In this document: positions 47,885-60,200 of the stretch, one piece after another
Layout: each line of letters opens with the position of its first letter
Numbering within the stretch: position 1 is the first letter of the stretch
Source of the DNA: Vitrella brassicaformis CCMP3155
Lineage: Eukaryota > Protista > Chromerida
DNA length: 64,000 bases
Assembly (NCBI GenBank): GCA_001179505.1
Contig: CDMY01000225.1
Location: forward strand, 62,001 to 126,000
Direction of reading: 5' to 3'
Made by a program: the position numbers and the translations under genes
Notes under the pieces: generated by a model
The model's database searches: none
Seen by the model: only the letters and a program-made list of their open reading frames with translations
Told to the model about the DNA's origin: nothing

Positions 47885-50800
47885 TCATTTGAGCTTCGCC
47901 TTGATCTCTTTGATGTGCTCCTCCATCCTTGCCTCCATCTCCGTCAATCGCTTCTCGATCTGTGAATGCCGGGCGTCGTGTTGTCTCTCCATCGATTCCA
48001 ATGCTGCATCAATACAAACAAGAGAAAAGGGAGAAGTCAATATAGATTGCTTTGTCGCCTTCGGCATGAAACGCCTTATGCCTGCCTATAGGCCCTGTCT
48101 CACCTGCCATGACGTCAGGGAAGTTAGAATTGTGATGATCCGCGGCCTCAATCCACTTGTCGATGCGGTCCTTGAATTTGATCCCTGCTTCGCGCATGTC
48201 ATCAGCCATCTCCGGACTGTCAGTGTCAGTTTCCGTGGCGTCAGAAGAAAACAGCCCCTGCCGAGCGAACATTCCATAGAAACGAGACGAGGTCATTGAT
48301 TCTCTCATTTGACGTGTCTTTTGACCCTCACTCGCTGGGCGTATTGGCACAGAAGAAGAACGGGCATTAGGAGGATGGCAAGGGGTACGCACAGTACCAG
48401 CCCAAAGTCTCTCTCCCGTATCACTTGTGGAAGACGCTCAGTCAGCAGTCTGTAGATGGTCACGGGTGTGAAGGCCACGACAAGCAGGAGTCCGTCGACG
48501 GTGAGGGCCTTCATCGACCAGAAGGCAATGCGGCAGAGTGCCGACTGCTCCCGCCGTTGTTCGCTGATGAGGTTGGCGAGATATCGCAGGGGCTCCGACA
48601 CGACCACAGCTGCACACACACAGGCAGATGCCCTCATGTCTCTTGTGGCACACAACTGACCGATGAGGTTGAATGGCGGCGGCAGCCTCTCGTGCCGCGG
48701 CATTGTGAGATACTTATTCAACACGCGAATCCGCAGCAGCCTGAGTAGATGAGCGGAGAGAGGGCCATTATGTGCCGCTGTCTGTCTGTCTGTCTCCCTT
48801 GTCTCTGATACTGATATTGTGCAGCCTGTGTCTCCTCGATGGCCGCATACGTCGACGCCTGATGCACACAGGAGCGTTGATCAGCCACATGGCCCACTCG
48901 ACGTCTCTTGTGTGTCTCGTGTTTGTCTCACCATGATGGCGATGAGCAGGTTGAGCTATCGATGGATGCCGGCAGACACAGAGACAGACAGACAAAGGGA
49001 GTCTTGTGTGCGTCTTGCTGAGTGTCTGAGTGGTGCCGCCGTACGAGTATGATGGAGGAGAGGATGACGTATGTGAACAGCAGGACGGCCCCCAGCGTGT
49101 CGTGGCTCTCGATGGCGTTGGAAAGAGCCTCGTTGAAGTCGCCCTGTCCGGCAAAGAAACTGCACAACACAACAAGACGAAGAGGGGCCGGTGTCCCCTT
49201 CCTCTGTGTGTCTTCTCAGGAGGTCCCATGCGCACAGAGTGAGTGTGGCTTTGGGGAAGGAGCCGAAGTACTGGTGGTCTTCGTCGGACGAGAGGACGGT
49301 GAAGACGCCCGCGAAGACCAGCAGGATGTAGACGTACAGACACAGAAAGATGCTGATGTCCGAAAACATCCTCACTACCGCACTGACACACACACAGCAT
49401 GAGACATCTCTCTCTGTGTGTCCGTGTGGTTCTCTCTCTCACTGACAGTATGAGTGGTCCGACGGTTGGCTGCAGGCTGGCCGTTTGGAGGAGGCGCAGC
49501 GCAAAGAGCAGCGCTATGACGATCCCTGAGCTCACTTCCGCCTCCGACGAGTAGCCTAGGAAGTGAATGGCAATAAAGGCGGCGATCGCCAGGCTTGAAG
49601 ACATGTCGATAATATTCCTGCAGTGATGTATGCCATAAAGATGAGGCCGCCAGCACGGCTGCCTCTGCATTTCAGACTCCTACCATGAGTCGGCCCAGTA
49701 CGCTGCCTTCAGCCGGATGCCCTGCACACACACAGAGGGGATGTCAGCGTTTCTCAGTCATATCTCCGCGATACTGTATGTCTCACTTGGAAGGCCTCCT
49801 GAATCACGAAGCCACTGCCGGTCAGCACCGCCCCCCACAGCCACACCGACTGGCCCATCACGGCACTCTCAATCATGCTGTCTCCTCTGATAGACTCGAT
49901 GTGCAGCAGCACAAACGCCACCCTGCAACACACAGAGAGGGGAGGTGCCATGCGCTCTCTCTGCCTCCATTGGAGTCCATAGCTGCAGCCTCACATCAGC
50001 AGCATTGACAGCACGCGGGTAATACACCACGGGGTGCAAACTGAAGCGCCCCTGCTTCATATGGTGGTGGCTGCCAATGCTTTGTGACGAGAGAGATGCA
50101 GTTGGCTGTCACAATCATTGGCAGCAGGACGACGCCATGAGCGGCCGACAGCCAAAAAGGGGGGAAGTTCTGCTGTGGGTTACCTTGAGTCACGACGGTC
50201 AGGGGCTCCGCAGATTCCAGCAGCGCAAACCACTCTCTCTCTTTGCCCTTAAGTGAGTTTCGGAACAAGGCTTCGTCTGTATCGCTGCAGAAGTTAGCCG
50301 TGAGCGCCTGAAGCGATTGGATAATCACACGCAAAAGTAGAGGACGCCGTGTGTGTGTGGAACATTTACTTCGGTCCAGCCTGCTGCCCTCTCAAAGTCA
50401 CTGCACAGAAAACAAAAGGGGGAAAAAGGCGCAGACTCGCATTGTGCTCCGATTCTCTGTCCATCTCACTCTGTGAGGGAGTCATTCCGCCGAGTCTTGA
50501 TCAATCGGCGGAAGGTAGAGCACCACCTGAGACTGTCGACGCCCGGCGAATCACATCGTCGCACGTACTGTCCTAAGCCGTATTTCGCGTAGGGAACCGC
50601 TTTGGGAAGGAGCTCTGGATCCTTCAGCACGTGGCTGAGTTCCTCCTCATCTTCCCCGAGCAGCTCCATGGTCAACTCTCCAGCTGCGGCAAGCATCGCA
50701 CCGACGACTTCCTTTCGGTAAAGGGCACGGTCGAGAGGCGTCTTTCCGTCCTGTAACAGTCATGAAGATGGACGACACGCAACTTGATATGTGCAGCACA

Positions 50801-52018
50801 TCTTACTTCGTCTTTGATATTCAACAGCTGTGGGTCCACCCTCACCATCGCCTCCACCACATCAACTTCGCCATAGTCTGCAGGAGAGCACAAAGAGACA
50901 CGTTGAAGACTCATGCACTCGTGTGGCTGTCATTTGCAGGAGTCACTGACTTGCTGCATCATGAAGAGGCGTCCGGCCAAGCTACAGACACAGCATGAAG
51001 AAGACACATGCTGTTCAATGCACCGGTTGACATTCCCTCGTCCTTACGGGGTCCCGAGCTTCCAGCAGCTCCTTGCCGCCCCACTCGATAAACTTCTCCA
51101 CAACACCAACTGACCCTGCGAGTGCTGCAAAATGGAGAGGCGTCTCACCACGATACAGACACAGCATGGAGGCAGCAGTGAAGACAGCTGTCGGTAATGA
51201 ACAGAATGAGTGTAATTGTCGAGAACGATACCTTGTTTTTCAGGTTGAGCAGGTGGCGTCGGTTGTGCAGCAGCACCTCAAACACCGCCAGATCTGAACA
51301 CCACCCTGAGAAGCACAAACAGGGGCCACACAGATGCATCATGTGTGTGTGCAGTGGTGCGACGAGGCGTACGTGCGGCGTGATGGATGGCAGAGCCCCC
51401 ATATTCCCACTTTCCAGTTGTCAGCGCTTTCTCGGCTTGCTCAGGCGACAGACCGGCGAGGGCCCTCCGCAGGCCCTCCGCGTCTGAATGATCGATGGCC
51501 CACGAGATGCTGTCTTTCAGTGCGTCCGTCGGTTCCCAATCGTCGGCGGCCGGGGCACCCACCAAGGGAACCTGCAGATGACACACAGACGTCCGAGAGG
51601 CCTCAGAGTCGACTGACACCAACACACCTGCTCGAAGCGTCTCGGTGCCTTGGTGATGTCATCGGTGACGTCAGGCAGCTGGGGCTCCATCAGCCCTTGG
51701 CCATCGTCCAGCAGCAGAGGAATGTGCTCACTCGAGGCCGACGCCATCTGCAGTGGACAGACAGACGCACACAGACACCACTCGTCAGAGGCCGCCGCTG
51801 GCCATTGTGCAACAAGGGCATTGCAGGGTGACCTTGGGATGGTCTGTCTGTGTGTGGTGCACGGCCTGCTGTGCGGCAGCATCGCCCTCGTCGACTCTCG
51901 GCAGCTGGATGTAGCACGCCTCATCAACACCACTGGGGCGGCTGTGGCCGTCTCTCACACCGTCGCCCTCCCGGCCCTGCAGACGGGGGCTGCGCTGCGT
52001 GTGCAGCAAACCCCACAT
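47885..52018 (-). pseudogene. Ankyrin-repeat TRP-like cation channel, copy 2, with a 4-nt deletion frameshift near 50023
   Basis: Same exon series as copy 1. Reads CCC CGT GGT GT-ATT ACC versus CCC CGC GAT GTC TTC ATT ACC in copy 3, giving a stop at 49996-49998 before the TM exons. Confidence 0.75.
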
Positions 52019-52389
52019 CTTCGCCGCACGGGCTGTTTGAGCGCGAGACGCCCGCTAGACGCCCGCCCCCATCCGGGCCGCCCCCTGCTGCATGTGCGAG
52101 CTTCAGCCTCTTCCTGCCTTTTTTTTTCTTTGTGTGAGATTGGACAGTACACCACCAGGTGCTCACGCGAAAGTGCCGAACGTGTCACTCATCGTACATA
52201 TCGAGATCCTTCCCTCCCTCCTCATATCACAATCACGTGCAACCAATCCCCCACCTGATAGACCCATCTTTGTCACTCATCCAGTCAGTCAGTCAATCAG
52301 TCAGTCGACTCCCGGGTGGAGACGCGGGAAGAGCCCGCCGGTCGCCCCCAGGGCGAGCTCAGCCTCCAGCTTTTCGCCGCACCCGTGGG

Positions 52390-52530
52390 GTAGTGTGTGA
52401 CTGACACATACCAACTTGGAGAGACATTCGTTAAGGGCCCATGTTGTGTTGTTTGTGTGGATTGTCCACTTGGCCGCCCTCTGTGCAGACATTCAATCAT
52501 CTCCATACGACAATCAGCCGTCGCTTAGGG
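52390..52530. repeat. Upstream block shared in inverted orientation with ~61380-61530 (TRP copies 2 and 3)
   Basis: gtgactgacacataccaact..gagagacatt.gttaagg..tttgtgtggattgtccacttggccgccctctgtgcagacattcaat occurs at both sites. Confidence 0.85.
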
Positions 52531-52928
52531 GAAGGATTGAAACTCATTTCCAAGGGTGGACTGGCTTCATTCCGTGGTGGACGCGCTGCTCGGCCGGCCA
52601 CAGGCGTGTACTCAGCCATCCATATACAGAAAAATGCCTCTCGTGTCACCATCCGTCCAGCAGACATGCATTGCATGTGTACATCTGCGCGGCACTGTGC
52701 GAACAGGCCGCCCTCTCTCCTCCATTCCCAGACCGTCGACACACATCCATCCATCCATCTCCCCTGGCTCACACACACACACACACACACACACACAACG
52801 AAATGCCTCTCTCTCTCTCTCGGCATTGCTCAGCAGCAGCAAGAAATACTCTCTCAGACAGATGAGCACACCAGACAGCACCCAGACACACACACATCCA
52901 TCCCTGCCTGTCAGTGTGGTCATCGTCA

Positions 52929-55900
52929 TCAGATGATGTTGAGCTCCCGAAATCTCTCGAGGAAGTATAGCCCCTTTGCGTCGTCCTTGTATCTCGCCTT
53001 GACGGCGTCATAGCCGTTCTGCGCCACATCCTTCAGCAAGCTACGCAGGGTGGGGTCCTGAACAGAATGAACAAAAAGGGACATACACACACGCACACAC
53101 ACACACACACACACAGCCACGGATGTTTGTGCGTATGGGTGGCAGGTCTTTGCGGCCGGCCGCTTACCTGTAGAGATTTCGCTAGGAACTTTTGTCCCGC
53201 CGAGTCGCCCACTGTCCTGTCGACGAATTTCTTCAAATCGGCGTCGGTCTCCTTGGCAATAAGCTCCTCGGGGCTGGGGGTGGGCGAGGGCTTCTCGCCC
53301 TCCTCTCGCACATTGATCTGCTCCCTTTGTTGCTGCTGGTCGCCCCCCTCCTCTGTGAAGATGTTGATCTGCCGGCCGCCCGGCTGCTGCATGCCGCCCA
53401 TTGGGCCGCCCCGCACGATGCCGCCACTGAGGGAGCCGAACGGCCACGAATCGCCGAAAAACTCCTGATGTGATAGAAACAAAGGGAGAGATGGGTGTGT
53501 GTTGGTGGCTGGCGTGTCATTGGCTGTGTGGTTGGGAACCTCGAATATTCTGTCGAATGGTGAGTCGAAGAGGGAGACGAGACCGGAGCTGTCAGAGTCT
53601 GACATGCACACACACACACACACACACACATGTCATGAGCCGCGTGTGGGTGTCCATGTGTCCTTTTGTGGCTTGCTTACATCCCATTGGGGACTCTTGA
53701 ACGACGTCGGGCTGACCACACACACACAATACAGCAGACACACACGATCATCCATCCATCCATCCATCCGTGAATTCTCAGTGGACGGCTTTTACCCGTC
53801 TCCTTTGTGGTTGTCCCTTTGGTTTGCCGAAGACCCTTGCGTAGGCCAGCCGGTTGATGAGCTCCCGCTCGACGGTGCAGTCCTGATAATCCACCTGGCG
53901 GACACCACAGCACACAGACAGACAGCAGCAGAGTGTGGGGTCGTTCCATCCCTCCCTCCCTCCATCCCTCCCTCTGTCTCTGTGTACCCCTCTTTCGTCG
54001 AGCTCTCGCTTGTACTCCTCAAGCTTCAGTGGCTGAGGGATGGATGCGTGGATGACACAACACACCGGACGGCAGTGAAGGTGTACATGTGTCGTGTGTG
54101 TGTGTGTGTGTGTGGTGACCTTGTCTGCTTCCGGCACTTTGTCGAACTCAAGCTGACGAGAGCACACGAAGGGAGGCGGGATGAATGCGTCAGAGTGTGT
54201 GGCCGGATTTGCCTGACTGATGGCCCGCCTCGCCTCGCCTCGCCCACCTTGATTCTCCTGGCCTCGTCTGAGTAGTTGGTGATGCTCATCGTCCCCTCGT
54301 TCTTCGACCTGTGTGCACACACACACACAAATGGATGGATGGATGGATTGCCTGTGTCCTCGTTCGTTCTTACTTTTTCCTCTCCCCGGTTGGTTTGCCC
54401 TGTAATGACACCTCATACCTAGCGTACTCACGTATCAACTCTACACACACACATACACACACACACACACAAAGACAGAGGGAGAGTGAGGCGGCCATGT
54501 GAGCCGGTTCAGTGTGCGCTGCCCACGCACCAGATGCCTTAGTGAACTGTTTGTCCATTCCGCTCTCCGCCAGTTTGGTGGCCATGCTCTCAATCATGGC
54601 GCGCTTCCCCCGCTCGTCAAGAGACCGGAACTGGCCAGACCACAGACAGACAGACAGCACACAAGACACATGAACACATGTGCATGAGTGCAGCCCGTCA
54701 GTGCAGGTGTGTCTGTGTCTGTGCGTACCTCGTTTGTCAGCCGCTCCACGGCTGCGTTCATGCGTTCCGCTGTGGGGTCCTGCAATAAATACACAGATGA
54801 AGATATGCATCAGCCAACGAGGGCTCCCCTGATCTCATGTGAGTGCAATGCTTACTGGGGGCGCCTTCTCCTCCTGCTCCTTCTTGACCACCGCAGCCCC
54901 ACGCACACGCGTCTGACCAAAGCAGCTCACACACACCACACACGTGCACATGGATAGGCCATGTTGTCGTGTCATCGCTACCTCAGCGACTCTCCGTATG
55001 AGTTCGTCGGTGCTCCTGCAGTCCTTGTAGGAGACCCCCGCTGTCTTGAGCTCATCCTGCAGCTCCGAGAACTTGACGGCCCGCTGAGCGAGCTTCTGCT
55101 GCATAGACTGGAACTCCACCTGGATGCGCTCCCTGATTGACGAATTGGCCAACACATTGCATATATACGACGTTTTTGTGGCCGGTGGGTTGTGCGACTG
55201 CTCACTTGGTTTCGGCGTCTTGTTGTGCGGCTGCCGTGTCAGCCGCCTTGGTGTCCATGTCAGCTGTGGAGGTGGAGATCGATGACACTGAGATCGGCAC
55301 ATCTGGAAAGAAAACCGACATTGCAGTGACAGTGACAGTGACGGCGGCGGTTTCTCCTCCTGCCTTGTGTGTCACCTTTCTTTTTCTCGGCGATTGGTGC
55401 TCTCAGCAGCGACAGTGTCTGGTCCTCAAAGTTCAGCAGCAGCCGACCAGCCTGCACACACAGGCGCAATGACGTGTGTTGTGGCATCTCGGCTCGTTAG
55501 TCCATTCTTACGCCCAGCACATCCAGGCCGAGCAGCATCGCAGGTTTGTCCGCCAAGCCAGCACGAGCAAACCAGGGGAAATCAGCCACATTCAGCTTCA
55601 CATCCTGCAACACAGCAGACAAACAAAGGACAGAGAAGAAAGCAATCCGTGTCACCATCCTCCTCGCCATTCCTCCCCCCTCCCCTAGATCACCCACCCT
55701 CTTGAAGGCCTTGAGCGCCCCGTCGGTGCCCTTGACGCCACACAGCGGAAAGGCCGCCCTGTCGACCTCAATCGGTGCCCCGTCAATGCCGGTGGCCTTC
55801 ATAACGCCCCGCTGCACGCCCTCGGCCTCCCTGTCGATGCCCACACTCCTCGCCGCAGGCCAGTTGACGATCGAGTAGGTTGAGCCGAGGTCCAACACGG

Positions 55901-56894
55901 CCGTGACGGGCGCTTCCTGCTCTGACAGGGCACCGTCGATGGCGAGGAGGGGCCCGGGGAGGGAGCTGACGGGCGTGGCGATGAGGGAGAGGTCCTTGCG
56001 ATCGGCCGCTGCCTCTTGCAGGGCAGCCTGTCAGTGAATGAATGAGTGAAGGGGGCAAGGCAGATGTGGCCTCTGGTGTCGTGTCGTGGTGTGGCGTGGG
56101 TCAGTGGTTACCTTTGCGGCAGCGGCCTGTCCCTTGGGGTAGAGCTTGATCTTCCCCTCCAGAAAGTCCACATCAATGGCTCCGAACTGCGATAGGAAAT
56201 CCAAACCCAATAAACCTGCACACAATCACACCATACCGACACACACGCTTGCACAGCTGCGCAACTGTTTGCCCTCCTCCCCTCCCTCTCCTGATGCCGC
56301 ACCTGCCACGCCAGCAGGCAGCACTCCCGCTTGTGTGAGTACGGCCGCATCGAGGCTGACCTCCATGCCTCCCTCGGCGCCTCCCCCCACACGCACCCCC
56401 TCCACCCGCGCCACGCCCGTCTTGACGGGCAGCCCGGCAGCCGTGTAGGTCTCCCTGTCCTGCTCCTTCAGCGCCGCTCCCAGGGAGCTCACTGTGTCGC
56501 TCGTCAAGATTGACTGAGTGGAGCCCGTGTCGACCAGAAACCGCAGGTACTCCCCGTTGAGAAAGAGCTCGGTCGCCAGGTACTCCTTGGGCACTGACTC
56601 GGTGCCCCGCATCCGCCGGAATGGCAGCTGGAAGGCCTCGGTCTGTGTGGCCACCGCTGAACAGACGAGCCGTGTTGACGACCGGCTTCGAAGGGGTGTT
56701 GGCAGGGCGGCTCTTCTGCATCGGAGGGAGAGTGCGGGGAAGGGCGAGTGGAGGAAGGCGGGGGACAGATGTCCGTGGTGGACATGGACATCGGTGCGAT
56801 GAATGGCGATTGATGGGAGGACGGCAAAGGGAATCAGGAGGGCAGCAGCCAGCTGTGCATGGCAGCGGTGCCTCCTCTCACGTGGATCTGGCAT
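52929..56894 (-). CDS. Putative plastid-targeted protein: two retropepsin-like aspartyl protease domains + two SAP/ARMET-C-like motifs + STI1-like C-terminus
   Basis: Leader AAALLIPFAVLPSIA...SPAFLHSPF..RRAALPTPLRSRSSTR. Protease domains FLVDTGSTQSIL...GLLGLDFL and AVLDLGSTYSIV...MLLGLDVL. Motifs ELQDELKTAGVSYKDCRSTDELIRRVAE and EYKRELDERGVDYQDCTVERELINRLAYAR. Tail DPTLRSLLKDVAQNGYDAVKARYKDD. Each junction was read as a phase-consistent GT-AG intron. Confidence 0.75.
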
Positions 56895-57215
56895 GGCGGA
56901 CAGCAGTCTTGTCAGCAGACAGAACCAATGAAAGAGATCAGGATTCGGGAAGGTCGAATCAAGAGATCTGGCAGATGATGCTGCTCGCTGCTGTACTCAA
57001 GACACTTCAGAGGGGAGAACAGCGGACCAGCGGCGCGTGCGAGCTCGGATGAGGTGAACGATCCGCAGTCCTGTCGCTGAATGAATGCGGGGAAGCACAG
57101 TAAGCGTACGAATCAACCATCTGACGCCTTATACGTCATTCTACCCTGCGCCTTTGATTGATTGCAGGTGATTTGCTGCGACAGGTGACTCATTTCCTCT
57201 CCATTGTGCGTGGTG

Positions 57216-60200
57216 ATGCAAGGTGTCCCTCTCGTCGCTCAGGAGGACGACAGCCAACACGAAACGCAGCCCTATGAGATCCGACACCCCCCTGCGCCCT
57301 TCGCCGACGCCGCACGAGATGCCGCCCGGCCAGAAGCGGCAGACAGCGGCACCAATAGTGACACCGTTCCGGACCGGCGGTCACGAGATGGCACGTCTGA
57401 GCGGCGGAAACGACAGAGATGTAGTGGAGAGGGGGAGAATGATGCTCATGAGGAGGCCGCCTGCATCGACCTGACTGGCGATGGAGGAGAGGGCGGGCGG
57501 CTTGCTTGCGGTGAGGAGAGTGGGGCTGCCTCTGCAGTACCAGCAGCAGCAGCAGCAGCAGCGCAAGAGGCGGAGCATGAGGGCGACGGCGAGGGCGATG
57601 GCGACAGTCAGAAGTCATCCGACACGCTGGACTCTCTGCAACTGCTGGAGCTCCTGAGGAAGGTCAAGCGGAGAAGACGCGACAGAGTCGTTCCATCTGG
57701 TGCACAACACGCCACCTCAGCTCAGCCTGCCGCCGCCGCTGCTGCCGCACATGCCAGTGTGGCTATAGGAGCTGGGACTGCAGCAGCCGAGGGTGGCCAC
57801 GGCAGCTTGATGCCGAGCGGCAACGAGGATGGGCTCTTGTCGCTTCTGAGCGGCGGTGTGGACGCAGCCCCTCCCCGGCTGGAGACGCTGCACAAGGAGG
57901 GCTGTGACGGAGAGGGCGGGCAGGGAGGGGATGGTGCAGGGGGCTAGAATGTCAGTGCTGGATGAGGATGCGTAGATCTGCGTGGGACATCTGTAGAGAT
58001 GAGTGCGTGTCGGGACCATGGGAACGGCGAGAAGCAGAGAGGGACGGGTGTGATGAACTGCGAGATACCTGTTTTCAACTCGTGTGCCGTGTCCATCCCC
58101 TTCTAGCAATGGGATAGAGACGCTCCCCGTTCTCCTGTCCGCCGGATCGCCCAGAGGGTTCGGCGAAAGGCCACGGCTCCGCGGCGTCAGCAAGGCCTGC
58201 TGCACACTCCCCAGCTCCTGGCATGACGCTGCGGCTGCAGGCCGCGGGAGGGGAGGTAGCGGTGGACAGAAGGGCGGCATGTATGTCGGGACTTGTACAG
58301 AGCTTGGCGGAAGGTGGGCAGACGCACTAGGACAGATGTCAAGAGGCAATGAAAATGGCCATGCTGCATGTCATGCATCAGGTTCCGACGAGCCGAACGA
58401 CAGCATTCCCCTTCTCAATGTGCGTGAGCTGCCTTTGCGTAAGGTGATGGACTACTGCGAGCATCATGTGGACCGGGAGGCATCGCCGATCTCCATTCCC
58501 ATCATCAAAGACACCATTGAAGAGGTAAGACGGACAGAGAGATGTGTACGCCGGTCAGTTGATTGGATGAATTGCGGTTGCGGCAGGTTGTGGATGAGTG
58601 GGACGTCCGATATCTGGAGGAAATGACCTGCCAAACGCTGTGCGACGTCATCACGGTGAGAGAGCCGGACCGCCACACGCGTGAATTCATAACACCATGC
58701 GCATGGTCCGTTTTCGTTTTGCTCAGACGGCCAGCTACTTGGATGTGGCCCCTTTGGTTGAGCTGCTGCAGGCCAAAATCGCATTCGAGCTGATGGTGAG
58801 AGTAACTCATCGGACGATGCATTGGCCGGGGGCTGTCTGAGGTTTGTTGTCCGTTGGTGTGCAGAAGAAGACCCCTTCGCACATAGCCCTGATGATGCGC
58901 AAGGCGCTGGTGCGTGACATACATGCACTGCACTGCACGTACGATGCAAATGCCGGACATGTTCGTATCCGTATATCGATGATGCTGCAGGCGCCGAAGT
59001 TATGCCCGGCGCCTCAGCAGCCCATGCAGACCTTTGCCTCGAAACTACCGGTGAGCAACGAAAGATACTGGAGAGATGCAGCGGGTGTGGTGTGTATGAT
59101 CTGCTGGTCTCTTCCCTCCCTCCCTCCCTCCCTCCCTCCCTACCTCGCTCGTGCAGTGCGATTTGCTCCTTACCACTCTGGCGTACCTGCCTCTCCGGCT
59201 CCTCGCCGACCTGCCCGGCGACGTGTGGGGCCGGCTGGCCACCTACTACACCCACCTCGTGATAGACTGCGCCGACCCGCGCTCGCGTGACTTCTTCGAC
59301 CGCCTCCCCTTCCAGCGCGCACTCGAGTGGGGCATGACGCTGGCGCATCTGGAGCGCATCACTGTGCGCCAAATGACGGGTGCGTGGGGTGAGGAGGTGT
59401 GGGTGGGGGTTGTGGAGGGCCAAGCGTCCGGCCACACGTCAGAGCGGCCGGCGAAATCCGTCGAGAGCATCGCCTTTGAGACTGTCCCAGTGTCGTCCAC
59501 GGCTCCCTGCCGTTCGCTGCTCATCCCGCCCCTGCCGCCCCTCCCCTCGCACGCACATCCATCCCTCCCCGACCTCAAGACGCTCACCGGCGTCGGCATC
59601 TCTCACACCAAGACGATCGACAGGCGGGGCTGGAAGATGAAGGCACTAGAGCGGGTGGAGGGCAACATGGTGACCAGGGACAACACCAGCTTTGGGACCG
59701 TCTTGGGGGGCGGGCAGGGCTTGCCGCGTGACGTGATGCTGACATTCATTGCGACGTCGGAGAGCCTCGCGCACCTCGATGTGGCCATGAGGATGCAGAA
59801 CCTTGCCGATGTGGTGTCTGCGATGTCTCCAGCGGCTGTGGCGGGCCTCAAGACACTCGGGCCACTCCTTCTGGCGCCCCTTCGCCGGGCAACGCCCAAT
59901 GACAATGACGACTGGGCACTTCTCGACCAAGTGAAGGTAAGGATTGACTGCTTTGCACCGACCGACAAGTTGATTGCATGTGTCTGTGAAATGCATTCGT
60001 TCAGGATATGCTCAGACAGCACGGCAGCTCACTGACGTCCATCAAGGCCACGCTGAGTGCGATCGGCATCCAGAGAGGACCTCGGTACCTCTTCCCGACG
60101 TTGTCGGCGCTCCACCGGCTCAACGCGGCGGCCGGCAGCACACCGCAGACCCTCACGCTCGACTTTCCTGACCTCGAGGCGTGTTACGTGGACAGACGAG

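Noticed and set aside
52416-53013. ORFs with a signal-peptide-like start (MERHSLRAHVVLFVWIVHLAAL...)
   Set aside because: They lie in duplicated upstream DNA of the TRP genes, the frame is not preserved in the 61380-61530 copy, and the rest is microsatellite translation.
55500-56620. Retropepsin domains as evidence of an LTR retrotransposon
   Set aside because: No gag, RT, integrase or LTRs nearby. The gene has many introns and a targeting leader, so it is a cellular gene.
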